64,000 nt of DNA, from NCBI GenBank assembly GCA_035479415.1, contig DATIIS010000030.1, positions 864 to 64,863 of the forward strand, given 5' to 3'. The notes under the pieces are model-generated. The model had not been told where the DNA came from. It saw only the letters and a list, made by a program, of their open reading frames with translations, and searched no databases. Below are positions 46,056-54,879 of this stretch, piece after piece. Position 1 is the first letter of the stretch, and every line of letters begins with the position of its first letter. Source of the DNA: Candidatus Saccharimonadales bacterium. Lineage in GTDB: Bacteria; Patescibacteriota; Microgenomatia; Levybacterales; UBA12049. A program made the translations under genes and the position numbers.

Positions 46056-46727
46056 ATGACGCAGACAATACTTGTAGTCGAAGATGATAGAGGACTTCAA
46101 AAATATCTGAAAGAATTACTCCTGGACAATGGATACGCAGTTCAGACCGCTGCCGATGGAATTGCTGCTCTTGATTATTTTAAGAAGACAGTACCTGATT
46201 TGGTTGTCCTCGATCTTGGTTTACCTGTTATGTCAGGGGAGGCAGTATGTCGGGAGATTAGAAAGAAATATAAAGATCTTCCAATTGTTATCCTCACCGC
46301 AAAAGATTCAATTAATGATATTGTCGAAGGACTTAACTTAGGTGCTGATGATTATATCACCAAACCATTTGTCGCTGATGAATTCCTCGCTCGAATAAAA
46401 GCACGTTTTAGAAAGCAAGCAAACAATGATACTGTCCTCAAAGTTGCCGATCTTGAGCTTGATAGCAAAACAATGGAGGTAAAAAGAAAAGATCAGCAAA
46501 TTCAACTGACCCCACAGGAGTTTAAATTACTTCAATATTTGATGAGCAACAAAGGCCGAATCCTCACACGTGAGATGATCCTATCACGCATTTGGCTGTA
46601 TTCAAGTGATGTTGAGACTCGAGTTGTAGATGTCTACATGGGATATTTGAGAAAGAAAATTGATTCAAATACTGAGAAAAAATTACTTCATTCAGTCCGC
46701 GGTTTTGGCTACGTTATTAAGGAATAA
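46056..46727 (+). CDS. OmpR/PhoB-family response regulator
   Basis: Receiver (EDD, VVLDLGLP, KPF) plus winged-helix output domain (LTPQEFKLLQYL..., VRGFGYV). Confidence 0.9.
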   Translation: MTQTILVVEDDRGLQKYLKELLLDNGYAVQTAADGIAALDYFKKTVPDLVVLDLGLPVMSGEAVCREIRKKYKDLPIVILTAKDSINDIVEGLNLGADDYITKPFVADEFLARIKARFRKQANNDTVLKVADLELDSKTMEVKRKDQQIQLTPQEFKLLQYLMSNKGRILTREMILSRIWLYSSDVETRVVDVYMGYLRKKIDSNTEKKLLHSVRGFGYVIKE

Positions 46728-46747
46728 TTTTATTACAAGTGTAATTT

Positions 46748-47923
46748 CTAATTTACTGCCTTAAGAGTTGGCAGGCTAACAGTAACGGTTGTTCCTTTAT
46801 TTTCTTTTGATTTGATTTTTAGTTTGCCTCGATGATTTTCGACTATATGTCTTGCAAGCATAAGTCCAACCCCCATTCCTTCAATAAAACTTGCATATTC
46901 AGGTTTGTAAAAGCCTGTCATTATTGCTGAAAGATCGTCTTTGGATATACCTTTGCCCCGGTCTTTTACTTCCACTGAAAGGATACCGTGGAGATTTTTT
47001 AGTGTAATTGTTATTTTTTCACCAGGTTTAGAAAATTTTACAGCATTTCCCAAAAGTCCTGATACCATCTCAACCAATTTATCAAAATCTCCGACAATCC
47101 GAGTCTCATGATTGGTAAGCTTGCATTGAAACTCAAAAGGATGATCTGCATTGGTTAGTTTATATCTCTCAATTGCCCGCGCGATGACATCTTGCATTGG
47201 TACTTCACTAAAGACAAAATCAAATTGTCCTTGTTTGATTCTGTTGACATCTAAGAGCTCTTTGACAAGTGTTGTGAGTCTAATGCTCTCAACATAGAGT
47301 TCATTGGTCCATCGGGATTCAAGTGTGTCTTTGTCTTTCATTCGATTGTGAAGAAGTTGTATGTATCCATGTATTGATGTAAGGGGAGTTCGGAGTTCAT
47401 GTGAGGCAAGAGAAATAAATCGGTCTCTAATCTCAAGCGCCTTTTGAGATTCGTCTTGGAGCTTAGACTTGTTAAGAACTAGCGATATGGTATGTCCAAA
47501 GAGATCAAGTATTTCTTTTTCTGATGAATCAAGTATTTTGCCTTCTTTAAGAAAATAAAGAAAAAGATATCCAAGTAATTCTGTGGAATGATAAAGTGGT
47601 ATAACAATAAGAAATTTAATTTCATGAGGGAATTTTTTAATTTGCAATTTGAGGATGTCCGCTTGAGTCAAATATCGTATACCGTCGGATGAAATAAGTT
47701 TATTGAAATCTTTATTATTGATAAGAAAATTTGGCTTAATAAGATCGTCTGAAACATAGACCTTTTTTGAGGTAGTTTTATCAGTGAGAAAAAGTTTGGC
47801 ATAGTCTGCTCCTGTTATACTTTTTGCACTTTCTCCAATTTGTGAGTAAAGTTGTTTATCTGATTTTGTATCCGCTAAAGCAGTAATAGCTCTATTAACT
47901 TGGTCAAGCCGTAAATTTTTCAT
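46748..47923 (-). CDS. Cytoplasmic GAF-domain sensor histidine kinase
   Basis: No TM helices. N-terminal GAF-like region, H-box SLASHELRTPLTSI, N-box LLGNAVKFS, G-box DRGKGIS and GMGVGL. Confidence 0.85.
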   Translation of the reverse strand: MKNLRLDQVNRAITALADTKSDKQLYSQIGESAKSITGADYAKLFLTDKTTSKKVYVSDDLIKPNFLINNKDFNKLISSDGIRYLTQADILKLQIKKFPHEIKFLIVIPLYHSTELLGYLFLYFLKEGKILDSSEKEILDLFGHTISLVLNKSKLQDESQKALEIRDRFISLASHELRTPLTSIHGYIQLLHNRMKDKDTLESRWTNELYVESIRLTTLVKELLDVNRIKQGQFDFVFSEVPMQDVIARAIERYKLTNADHPFEFQCKLTNHETRIVGDFDKLVEMVSGLLGNAVKFSKPGEKITITLKNLHGILSVEVKDRGKGISKDDLSAIMTGFYKPEYASFIEGMGVGLMLARHIVENHRGKLKIKSKENKGTTVTVSLPTLKAVN

Positions 47924-48070
47924 AGTAACATCACCTATCTTACCAAATTAGCTCAAAAATACAACAAGTTTGGGTACGTTCTTATCATATTCTTACTATT
48001 TCTTACTAAACGCATTCATAAGTGGACGAGAATTAGGGAGCGGTTATATTTCTCGGACATATATTAATTA

Positions 48071-48364
48071 CTAATTATGTAATTTTTCATCTAATGGAGT
48101 TACTTCATTTGGTGCCTCAAGATCATCTTCTACAAGTTCCTTTGTCATCATTTTTCGATGTTCATGAATTTTGGCAGTTCCCCATTTTTTGAGATTGTCT
48201 TTTGCTTCATGAGCACGTTTGTTGACACGTTCTCTGATCTCCTCGTCAGAGAGAGCAAGAAGCGTTACTCCAACTGCTCCTGCTATAACACCCGCCAATC
48301 CAATTGCTGCTGGATTTAGATCAGATGTATTTTTTTCTTCTTTTTTAAAGTCATACGATAGCAT
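48071..48364 (-). CDS. Small membrane-anchored stress-type protein (YtxH-like, tentative)
   Basis: 97 aa with one TM helix and a charged helical tail. Strong SD GAAAGGAGGTGA upstream. Confidence 0.55.
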   Translation of the reverse strand: MLSYDFKKEEKNTSDLNPAAIGLAGVIAGAVGVTLLALSDEEIRERVNKRAHEAKDNLKKWGTAKIHEHRKMMTKELVEDDLEAPNEVTPLDEKLHN

Positions 48365-48436
48365 ATTTTTTCACCTCCTTTCAGATTTTTGGTTATAGAG
48401 ATATAGCGTTAGAATCATTTTCTAACGCTATGTAAG

Positions 48437-48691
48437 TTAGCTAGCTCTCCTTATAGCTTTTCCGAAGAAAAGTAGGAGTAATGAACCGGCAATTGCGACG
48501 ATAAATGCTGTGGTGTCAAATCCTGTAATTGAAATACCAAATAGAAGATTTGCTATAAAACCTCCAACAAGTGCACCGACAATTCCCAATAATACGGATC
48601 CTATAAAGCCTCCATTATTTGGAGTTGTATCAATTGCATTTGCAATTGTTCCAACTAACAATCCAAATAGAATCCACGTTAAAATATTCAT
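48437..48691 (-). CDS. GlsB/YeaQ/YmgE-family (transglycosylase-associated) stress membrane protein
   Basis: MNILTWILFGLLVGTIANAI...GFIGSVLLGIVGALVGGFI, the typical three-TM small protein. Same strong SD. Confidence 0.8.
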   Translation of the reverse strand: MNILTWILFGLLVGTIANAIDTTPNNGGFIGSVLLGIVGALVGGFIANLLFGISITGFDTTAFIVAIAGSLLLLFFGKAIRRAS

Positions 48692-48738
48692 TTACTCACC
48701 TCCTTTCTTCGGATAAGATGCCATCACCAGAGATCTGG

Positions 48739-48924
48739 TTATTTATTTTTTTTCTGACGAGCTCGTCCGCCGAGTTGTCCTGCCTTTCGAGCTTCTTCAC
48801 TAGTCCAAGTGTGGGCAGTTCCTTTTTTGTGGGCTGCTCTTCCACCTTTACTCGCAATCATGCGCTGTTTACTTTTGTCCATGGATGCAAATCCACGACC
48901 TTTACTTTTTCCTTTAGTTGCCAT
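48739..48924 (-). CDS. KGG-repeat general stress protein
   Basis: SKGGRAAHKKG and AGQLGGRA KGG-type repeats. 61 aa, basic. Same strong SD. Confidence 0.7.
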   Translation of the reverse strand: MATKGKSKGRGFASMDKSKQRMIASKGGRAAHKKGTAHTWTSEEARKAGQLGGRARQKKNK

Positions 48925-49200
48925 ACTTTATTCACCTCCTTTCATCATATTATGTTTATCCTAAATGATCTGCTTAAGAGATACACGAAAATTCCGTAAG
49001 GAATATGCAAGAGTTTCATATTATCATATGGAATGTATGAAGTGTATGTGATTTAGGTATAAGTACGTGTAAGAAAATTGACATACGGTTGACTATGTAT
49101 TCTTATGATGTTAGGATAAAGGCGACTTCGCTTGATTAGTATTTATACAGTAGAGTGTGATACTTAAAACAGACTTTAGATTTTGAAAGGAGGTGAGAAT

Positions 49201-49383
49201 ATGATCAAGAAAGCTTTAATAGCAACAGGAGTATTTGCTGTATCAGCAATGGCGGTCGCAACAATGACATTTGCGCAGACTGCAACACCAACAACAGCAC
49301 CTACATCGGGTACAACAACTGTTACTCCGACAACCGCTGTAAGTGCTCCTACCGCCGCGCCTGCGACAGGTCGCGCCGAGTAA
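49201..49383 (+). CDS. Small secreted Thr/Pro/Ala-rich peptide ending in APATGRAE
   Basis: SD GAAAGGAGGTGA lies 5 nt before the ATG at 49201. Signal peptide MIKKALIATGVFAVSAMAVATMTFA, with a ~35-aa low-complexity mature part. Directly upstream of the sortase gene. Confidence 0.6.
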   Translation: MIKKALIATGVFAVSAMAVATMTFAQTATPTTAPTSGTTTVTPTTAVSAPTAAPATGRAE

Positions 49384-49483
49384 TTTTAATAGTTAATTAC
49401 ATGACAAAATGGAGCAAAATGCCTTTCTTGTCATAAGATACAGAGTATTTTGCTCCATTGGAGTCAACTATTAGATTGTTAAT

Positions 49484-50113
49484 ATGAAAAATAAATTACT
49501 TTTAGTTATCATATTTCTTGGTGTGATTGCTGGCGTAGCTATTGGGCACTCATTTGCACATAAGAAAACTCAACCCAGCAAACAAGTACTTGGGACCCAA
49601 ACTATTGCTCAAAAAGAGATTGCTCCTACAACTTCACCAACTTCTTCAGAGCCTGTTGCGCCAGGAGTTCCTGAAAAAATTAGTATTCCCAAAATAAATG
49701 TAAATACAACTGTTGAGTCAGTGGGAATGGATAGTGAAGGAAGGATGGATATCCCTAAAGACCCTGCTGATACAGCGTGGTTTAGCCCGGGATATAAGCC
49801 TGGTATGAATGGAAGTGCTGTTATTGATGGCCATTTGGATCTGGTGACTGGTGCCCCAGCTGTTTTTTGGAATTTAAAGCTTCTGAGCGCAGGTGACAAC
49901 ATTTCAGTAACTGAGAATAACGGCAAAACATATACATTTGCAGTCACCCAAACCGTACGCTATCCATATAATAGCTTCCCAATTAAAGAAGTTTTTGCAG
50001 CATCAGATGTGCCGATGTTAAATCTTATTACCTGTAATGGTACATGGGATAAAACTACCAAGAACTATTCTGATCGACTTGTGGTATATTCCAAGTTAGT
50101 ATCAATAAATTAA
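49484..50113 (+). CDS. Sortase (class F-like)
   Basis: N-terminal TM anchor, catalytic His (SAVIDGHLD), Cys (LNLITCNG) and Arg (YSDRLVVY). Confidence 0.8.
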   Translation: MKNKLLLVIIFLGVIAGVAIGHSFAHKKTQPSKQVLGTQTIAQKEIAPTTSPTSSEPVAPGVPEKISIPKINVNTTVESVGMDSEGRMDIPKDPADTAWFSPGYKPGMNGSAVIDGHLDLVTGAPAVFWNLKLLSAGDNISVTENNGKTYTFAVTQTVRYPYNSFPIKEVFAASDVPMLNLITCNGTWDKTTKNYSDRLVVYSKLVSIN

Positions 50114-50119
50114 TATTTT

Positions 50120-50482
50120 ATGCAGAAGAAAATACTCGTCGCTGAAGATGATAAAGCAATAATAGAGGTAGTAAAGATCATTCTTGAAAATGAAGGATAT
50201 GAAGTCTTTACGGCTGATCAGGGAGAGACAGTTCATAAGATAATTAAGAAGCATAAGCCTGATATCCTTCTCCTAGATATTTGGTTATATGGTGAAGATG
50301 GTGGACAGATCGCAAAAAGCGTCAAATCCAAAGCAGATACCAAACATCTTCCTATAATTCTTATGTCTGCAAATAATGAAACAGAGAAGATCACCAAACA
50401 AGTAGGTGCAGATGATTTTCTTCTTAAGCCTTTCAATATCGACGACTTGCTCTATATTGTAAGAAAACATATTAAAAGTTGA
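50120..50482 (+). CDS. Stand-alone response-regulator receiver protein
   Basis: EDD, LLLDIWL, MSA and LKPF receiver residues are intact. No output domain. 6 nt after the sortase stop. Close paralog of 61598-61963. Confidence 0.85.
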   Translation: MQKKILVAEDDKAIIEVVKIILENEGYEVFTADQGETVHKIIKKHKPDILLLDIWLYGEDGGQIAKSVKSKADTKHLPIILMSANNETEKITKQVGADDFLLKPFNIDDLLYIVRKHIKS

Positions 50483-50525
50483 CAGGTACAATATTCCCTG
50501 TTACTCTTGATACCAATTGAGATAG

Positions 50526-50559
50526 TTGACAATTAGCAGAATCTATGATAGATTGCTAA
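50526..50559 (+). promoter_or_regulatory. lon promoter (TTGACA-N17-TAGATT) overlapped by a CIRCE-spaced palindrome
   Basis: TTGACA at 50526-50531. TTAGCAGAA-N9-GATTGCTAA at 50533-50559 compares with CIRCE TTAGCACTC-N9-GAGTGCTAA (14 of 18 matches, identical spacing). Confidence 0.45.
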
Positions 50560-50573
50560 TTACAAAGTTTTTT

Positions 50574-52946
50574 ATGGAAAAAGTAGTACCAATAATCCCA
50601 ATCAGAGACGGAATTATTTTCCCCAATACAGATTCAGTGCTTACCTTTGGCAGACCAAAAAGTTTGGCAGCACTTGAATCAGCATTTCAAAAGGAGCGAG
50701 TTGTATGTTTCGTTCTTCAGAAAAATGCACGACTCAACGATCCATCAACTGATGATCTGTATCAGATTGGAACTCTTGCTCGAATTGAGCGCATGATCAG
50801 AACCGATGGAGAAATCAATGCACAAGTCAGAGGACTTGCTCGTGTCAAAATCCTTTCTTACGAACATCACGACTCATACTTCATGGCCAAAGTTGTGGAG
50901 CTTTCCGATGAAGGTGAGAATACAGAGGAAATTAAAGCTCTCTGCAATCACTTGACCAATGAGTTCAGAAAAGCAATGAATTTTGGCAAATCAGCAGACT
51001 TTCTTCTTTTCATGAATATCATGTCTGAAACATCTCCTTCAGAGCTTTCAGATTTGGTCGCATCTGCACTTGATCTTAAACCATCAGAAAGACAAGAACT
51101 TCTTGAGGTAACTGATGTTAAGACAAGACTTCAAAAATTGACTGAATTATTGGCAAAAGAAATCAAAATTCTTGAACTTGAGCGAAGAATTGCATCAAAG
51201 ACTCAAGAGCGATTTGAAAAAGGCGCTCGTGAAGCAATGCTTCGTGAGAGACTTCGAACAATTGAGGAAGAATTGGGAGATAAAGAAGAGAATTCTGAGG
51301 TTCGCGTTTTACTTAATAAGATTAAAGATGCAAAGATGCCTGCTGAAGTTGAAGAAAAAGCAAAGAAAGAGCTTAACAAACTTCAGAATATGAACCAATT
51401 TAATCCTGAAGCAGGCTATATCCGCAATTATTTGGATCTTATGGTAGCACTTCCTTGGAGTAAGGAAAGTAAAGATGGCTCAGATATTGGATCTGCTGAA
51501 AAGATTCTTGATGAAGATCACTATGGTTTGCAAAAAGCAAAAGAGAGAATTGTTGAATATCTTGCAGTACATAAATTATCAGGCAAAATGAAAGGACCGA
51601 TTCTTTGTTTTGCTGGACCTCCAGGGGTAGGTAAGACATCAATTGGTAAATCAATTGCACGCGCGTTGGGACGCAAATTCGTCCGCGTATCACTTGGTGG
51701 AATCCGTGATGAGGCAGAAATTCGAGGTCATCGACGAACATATGTAGGTGCATTGCCTGGACGTATTATTCAAGGAATCAAAGACGCAGGTACCAAAAAT
51801 CCAGTCTTCATGCTTGATGAAATTGACAAAGTCGGATCTGATTTCAGAGGTGACCCATCAAGTGCACTTCTTGAGGCCCTTGATCCAGAACAGAATGGTC
51901 AATTCTCAGATCATTATTTGGAAGTTCCATTTGATCTTTCAAATGTAATGTTTATCACAACTGCCAATGTGCTTGATACTATTCCACCAGCACTTCGTGA
52001 CCGTTTGGAAATCATTACCTTCTCAGGATACACACATGATGAGAAGTTTAAGATCTCACGTGATTTCTTAATCAAAAAACAGCTTGATAATCACGGCTTG
52101 AAAGGATCTCAAGTTGAGATAACTGACAAAGCATTACAATTTATCATCCATCATTACACCCGCGAAGCAGGAGTTCGAAACCTTGAAAGAAAGATTGCAA
52201 CAGTTTTCCGAAAGGTAGCAAAGAAAGTCGCAGAAGGTGAAAAAGGAAAGATAGTAGTCACTGATAAAGATATAACAAAATATCTTGGCCCTGAAAGAAT
52301 TCATGGCAATGTGATTGAAAAGAAAGATGAAATTGGTCAGACCACAGGACTTGCTTGGACTGAAGCAGGTGGAGACATTCTCTTTATTGAGGTCGCGCTT
52401 ATGCCAGGGAAAGGACAACTTATTTTGACTGGACAACTTGGAGATGTTATGAAAGAGTCTTGTCAGGCAGCGATGTCTTATATCAGAGCACGTGCAAAAG
52501 ATTTGGGAATTCCTGAGAATTTCTATCAAAAGATAGATGTTCATGTCCATGTCCCAGAAGGTGCAGTTCCAAAGGATGGTCCATCAGCTGGTCTTGCAAT
52601 CACAACAGCAATTGTTTCAGCCTTGACCAAGATCCCAGTCAACCGCAAAGTTGCAATGACAGGAGAAGTTACACTTCGAGGCCGAGCACTTGAGATTGGC
52701 GGAGTTAAAGAAAAAGTTATCGCAGCACACCGTGCAGGTCTTAAAACCATTATCTTGCCAAAAGATAATAAGAAGGATCTGGAAGATGTACCAAAAGAAG
52801 TACTTAAGGATTTGCGATTCAAATTTGTCTCACATATGGATGAAGTCCTGAAGATCGCTTTGACTAAGCCTCTCAATGTTGAGCCAAAGAAGAATAAGAG
52901 CGGAAGAACACCTGTTGATATGCCTATTATCCCTGCGACGTATTAA
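50574..52946 (+). CDS. lon: ATP-dependent Lon protease
   Basis: LON N-domain (IPIRDGIIFP), Walker A GPPGVGKTS, Walker B FMLDEIDK, protease Ser in PKDGPSAGLA. ATG at 50574 chosen because the TTG at 50526 is the -35 box. Confidence 0.95.
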   Translation: MEKVVPIIPIRDGIIFPNTDSVLTFGRPKSLAALESAFQKERVVCFVLQKNARLNDPSTDDLYQIGTLARIERMIRTDGEINAQVRGLARVKILSYEHHDSYFMAKVVELSDEGENTEEIKALCNHLTNEFRKAMNFGKSADFLLFMNIMSETSPSELSDLVASALDLKPSERQELLEVTDVKTRLQKLTELLAKEIKILELERRIASKTQERFEKGAREAMLRERLRTIEEELGDKEENSEVRVLLNKIKDAKMPAEVEEKAKKELNKLQNMNQFNPEAGYIRNYLDLMVALPWSKESKDGSDIGSAEKILDEDHYGLQKAKERIVEYLAVHKLSGKMKGPILCFAGPPGVGKTSIGKSIARALGRKFVRVSLGGIRDEAEIRGHRRTYVGALPGRIIQGIKDAGTKNPVFMLDEIDKVGSDFRGDPSSALLEALDPEQNGQFSDHYLEVPFDLSNVMFITTANVLDTIPPALRDRLEIITFSGYTHDEKFKISRDFLIKKQLDNHGLKGSQVEITDKALQFIIHHYTREAGVRNLERKIATVFRKVAKKVAEGEKGKIVVTDKDITKYLGPERIHGNVIEKKDEIGQTTGLAWTEAGGDILFIEVALMPGKGQLILTGQLGDVMKESCQAAMSYIRARAKDLGIPENFYQKIDVHVHVPEGAVPKDGPSAGLAITTAIVSALTKIPVNRKVAMTGEVTLRGRALEIGGVKEKVIAAHRAGLKTIILPKDNKKDLEDVPKEVLKDLRFKFVSHMDEVLKIALTKPLNVEPKKNKSGRTPVDMPIIPATY

Positions 52947-52993
52947 CCTCTTTAATCAAAGCCTAATTTCTATAAAAGTGCTATAATTCTGAC

Positions 52994-53123
52994 CATGTCA
53001 TATCCTGACCGAAGTCTAATTACACAATTAGATTCATTTCTTGAAGGCGCAGATAATTATTCAACGAGGAGGTTGGTCAGCCCTGACATGATAGTTCATG
53101 TAGGACGAAATAATCGTCCTTTT
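52994..53123 (+). ncRNA. Candidate small RNA (or structured lon 3' region) between an extended -10 promoter and an intrinsic terminator
   Basis: TGcTATAAT at 52979-52987. Nested helix ATGTCA-tatc-CTGACC (52995-53010) with GGTCAG-ccc-TGACAT (53075-53089). Internal 7-bp hairpin 53015-53032. Terminator 53103-53123. Confidence 0.35.
53103..53123 (+). terminator. Rho-independent terminator-like hairpin
   Basis: GGACGA-aataa-TCGTCC followed by TTTT. Confidence 0.5.
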
Positions 53124-53346
53124 GGTTCACCTCCACATAATTCCATAGTAAGTAGTCTTCCTTCTGTAAACTGTTTGGATGTATCTCTTGTCGATCTTGC
53201 TAGTGATCAAGCAGGTATAGATAATGCTTATAGTTTTGGACCTCAACGGCAGGATAATATGAGAACATGGGCGAGATTTATGGGTGCCTCCATTTTCTAC
53301 TTGAATCTTAAAATGATTTATCATATGCTTGATATATCAATCAATT

Positions 53347-54837
53347 ATGAATGATATTCCTCATGGTTTTGGGCCAAAGTTATACGAGAAAACAGTTATC
53401 TTATTTCCTGAAGCAATTGTTGTCTTTGATACCAATGCAATAATTGTACGAGTTGATAAGCCTACATTGTCGATGTTTGGTTGGGATAACGAAAAAGATA
53501 TTGTAGGAAAGAATGGTTTTGATCTTATCGCTGATCAGGATAAGCAAAACGTAGAGGCTGCCTTCAAGGAAGTTTTACAAGGCAAAAAAATATCTAGTCT
53601 TCAATGCAACGGAGTCAAAAAAGATGGATCATTTCTCCGAATTTCTGCAAGCGCATCATTATTCACCGATAGTGATGGCAAACCCAAAGAAATTGTTGTT
53701 GTTATTCATGATATAACTCCTCATTTGTCAGAGCTTGAGCAAGTTAAAGAAGCTGAAAGGCAGCTATCTGAAGCTCAACAGATCGCTCATCAAGGAAGTT
53801 GGGAGTGGGATATCCCATCGGATACCTTTACCTGGACTGATGAGATGTACAGACTTTTTGCGCTTGCCCCTCAATCAACAAAGGTAAATCAGGAGACGCT
53901 TCTTGCACATGTCCACGAGGAAGACAAGGAAAAAGTCAAAAACTTTATAACCCAGTCTCTTGCTGAGGGTTCTGGAGTTTTGGATTTTCGTTTTATTGAT
54001 CCTGGAAGTAAGGAAGTATTTTGGTTCCACTGTAGAAGTAAAACTTTTTATGACACAAATCATCAGCCTATTCGTATGGTAGGAACAGTGCATGATGTTA
54101 CTCGTGAGAAAGAGCTTGATCAGGTTAAAACACAATTTCTTTCTGTTGCTTCTCATCAGATGAGAGGACCACTTACCACAATCAATTGGCATGCTGAGAT
54201 GCTCCTCCAAAGTCAGTCTGAAGGGTTGTCTGACACGCAGAAGAAATACATTCAAGAACTATACAATGCAAGTAAACGGACAGTTCATCTGACCAATGAT
54301 ATCTTAACAGTTTCAGAACTTGAGCTAGGCAGGATGCCTTTTAAGCCTGAGAACTTATCATTTCCTAAGATTGCAAAAAGAGTACTTGAGGACTATGATC
54401 ATAAAATTGCTGAGAAAAAAATTAATTTCAAAGAGCAGTACAGCGCAGATCTGCCTGAAATTCGTACTGATCTATTTCTCCTCAAAACTATTCTTAACGA
54501 ACTTATCTCAAATGCCATCAATTACACTCCTGATGGCGGGACGATAACGCTTACTATTTCTGTTGATCCGACTCGCGAGAAATCATTTCTTTTTTCTATT
54601 ACCGATAGTGGTTATGGCATACCAAAGGAAGAACAACAAAAGATATTTTCAAAGATGTATCGTGCTACCAATGCCAAAGAAAAAGTCATGGGCGGCACAG
54701 GACTTGGTTTGTATATTATCAAACTCATCCTACAATTAAACGGTGGAGAAGCTTGGTTTACATCGGAAGAAAATAAAGGGACGACGTTTAATGTAGCTAT
54801 ACCTTTTGTTTGTAAGACTGAAGGATCTCTAGCATAA
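53347..54837 (+). CDS. Cytoplasmic PAS-PAS sensor histidine kinase
   Basis: Two PAS-like modules, H-box SVASHQMRGPLTTI, N-box LISNAINYT, G-boxes DSGYGIP and GTGLGL. No TM helices. Confidence 0.9.
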   Translation: MNDIPHGFGPKLYEKTVILFPEAIVVFDTNAIIVRVDKPTLSMFGWDNEKDIVGKNGFDLIADQDKQNVEAAFKEVLQGKKISSLQCNGVKKDGSFLRISASASLFTDSDGKPKEIVVVIHDITPHLSELEQVKEAERQLSEAQQIAHQGSWEWDIPSDTFTWTDEMYRLFALAPQSTKVNQETLLAHVHEEDKEKVKNFITQSLAEGSGVLDFRFIDPGSKEVFWFHCRSKTFYDTNHQPIRMVGTVHDVTREKELDQVKTQFLSVASHQMRGPLTTINWHAEMLLQSQSEGLSDTQKKYIQELYNASKRTVHLTNDILTVSELELGRMPFKPENLSFPKIAKRVLEDYDHKIAEKKINFKEQYSADLPEIRTDLFLLKTILNELISNAINYTPDGGTITLTISVDPTREKSFLFSITDSGYGIPKEEQQKIFSKMYRATNAKEKVMGGTGLGLYIIKLILQLNGGEAWFTSEENKGTTFNVAIPFVCKTEGSLA

Positions 54838-54879
54838 TGTCTCTTGCATTCGGACAGACGAGTTATTATACTCAAACAT

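Noticed and set aside
48692-48738. ACCAGAGATCTGGT hairpin followed by a T-run, considered as a terminator for the stress genes
   Set aside because: The T-run is on the plus strand, where no gene ends. On the coding (minus) strand the hairpin is not followed by U residues, and its stem leaves only a 2-4 nt loop.
48510-48999. Plus-strand ORFs 48510-48716 and 48619-48999
   Set aside because: They are antisense to the GlsB-type and KGG stress genes, each of which has a strong SD and family motifs. The products of these ORFs are low-complexity.
52995-53354. 119-aa ORF between lon and the PAS kinase
   Set aside because: It contains a good intrinsic terminator (53103-53123), starts at the predicted transcription start of an extended -10 promoter, and has an atypical composition for this genome. 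An RNA element plus the kinase promoter region explains the sequence better.
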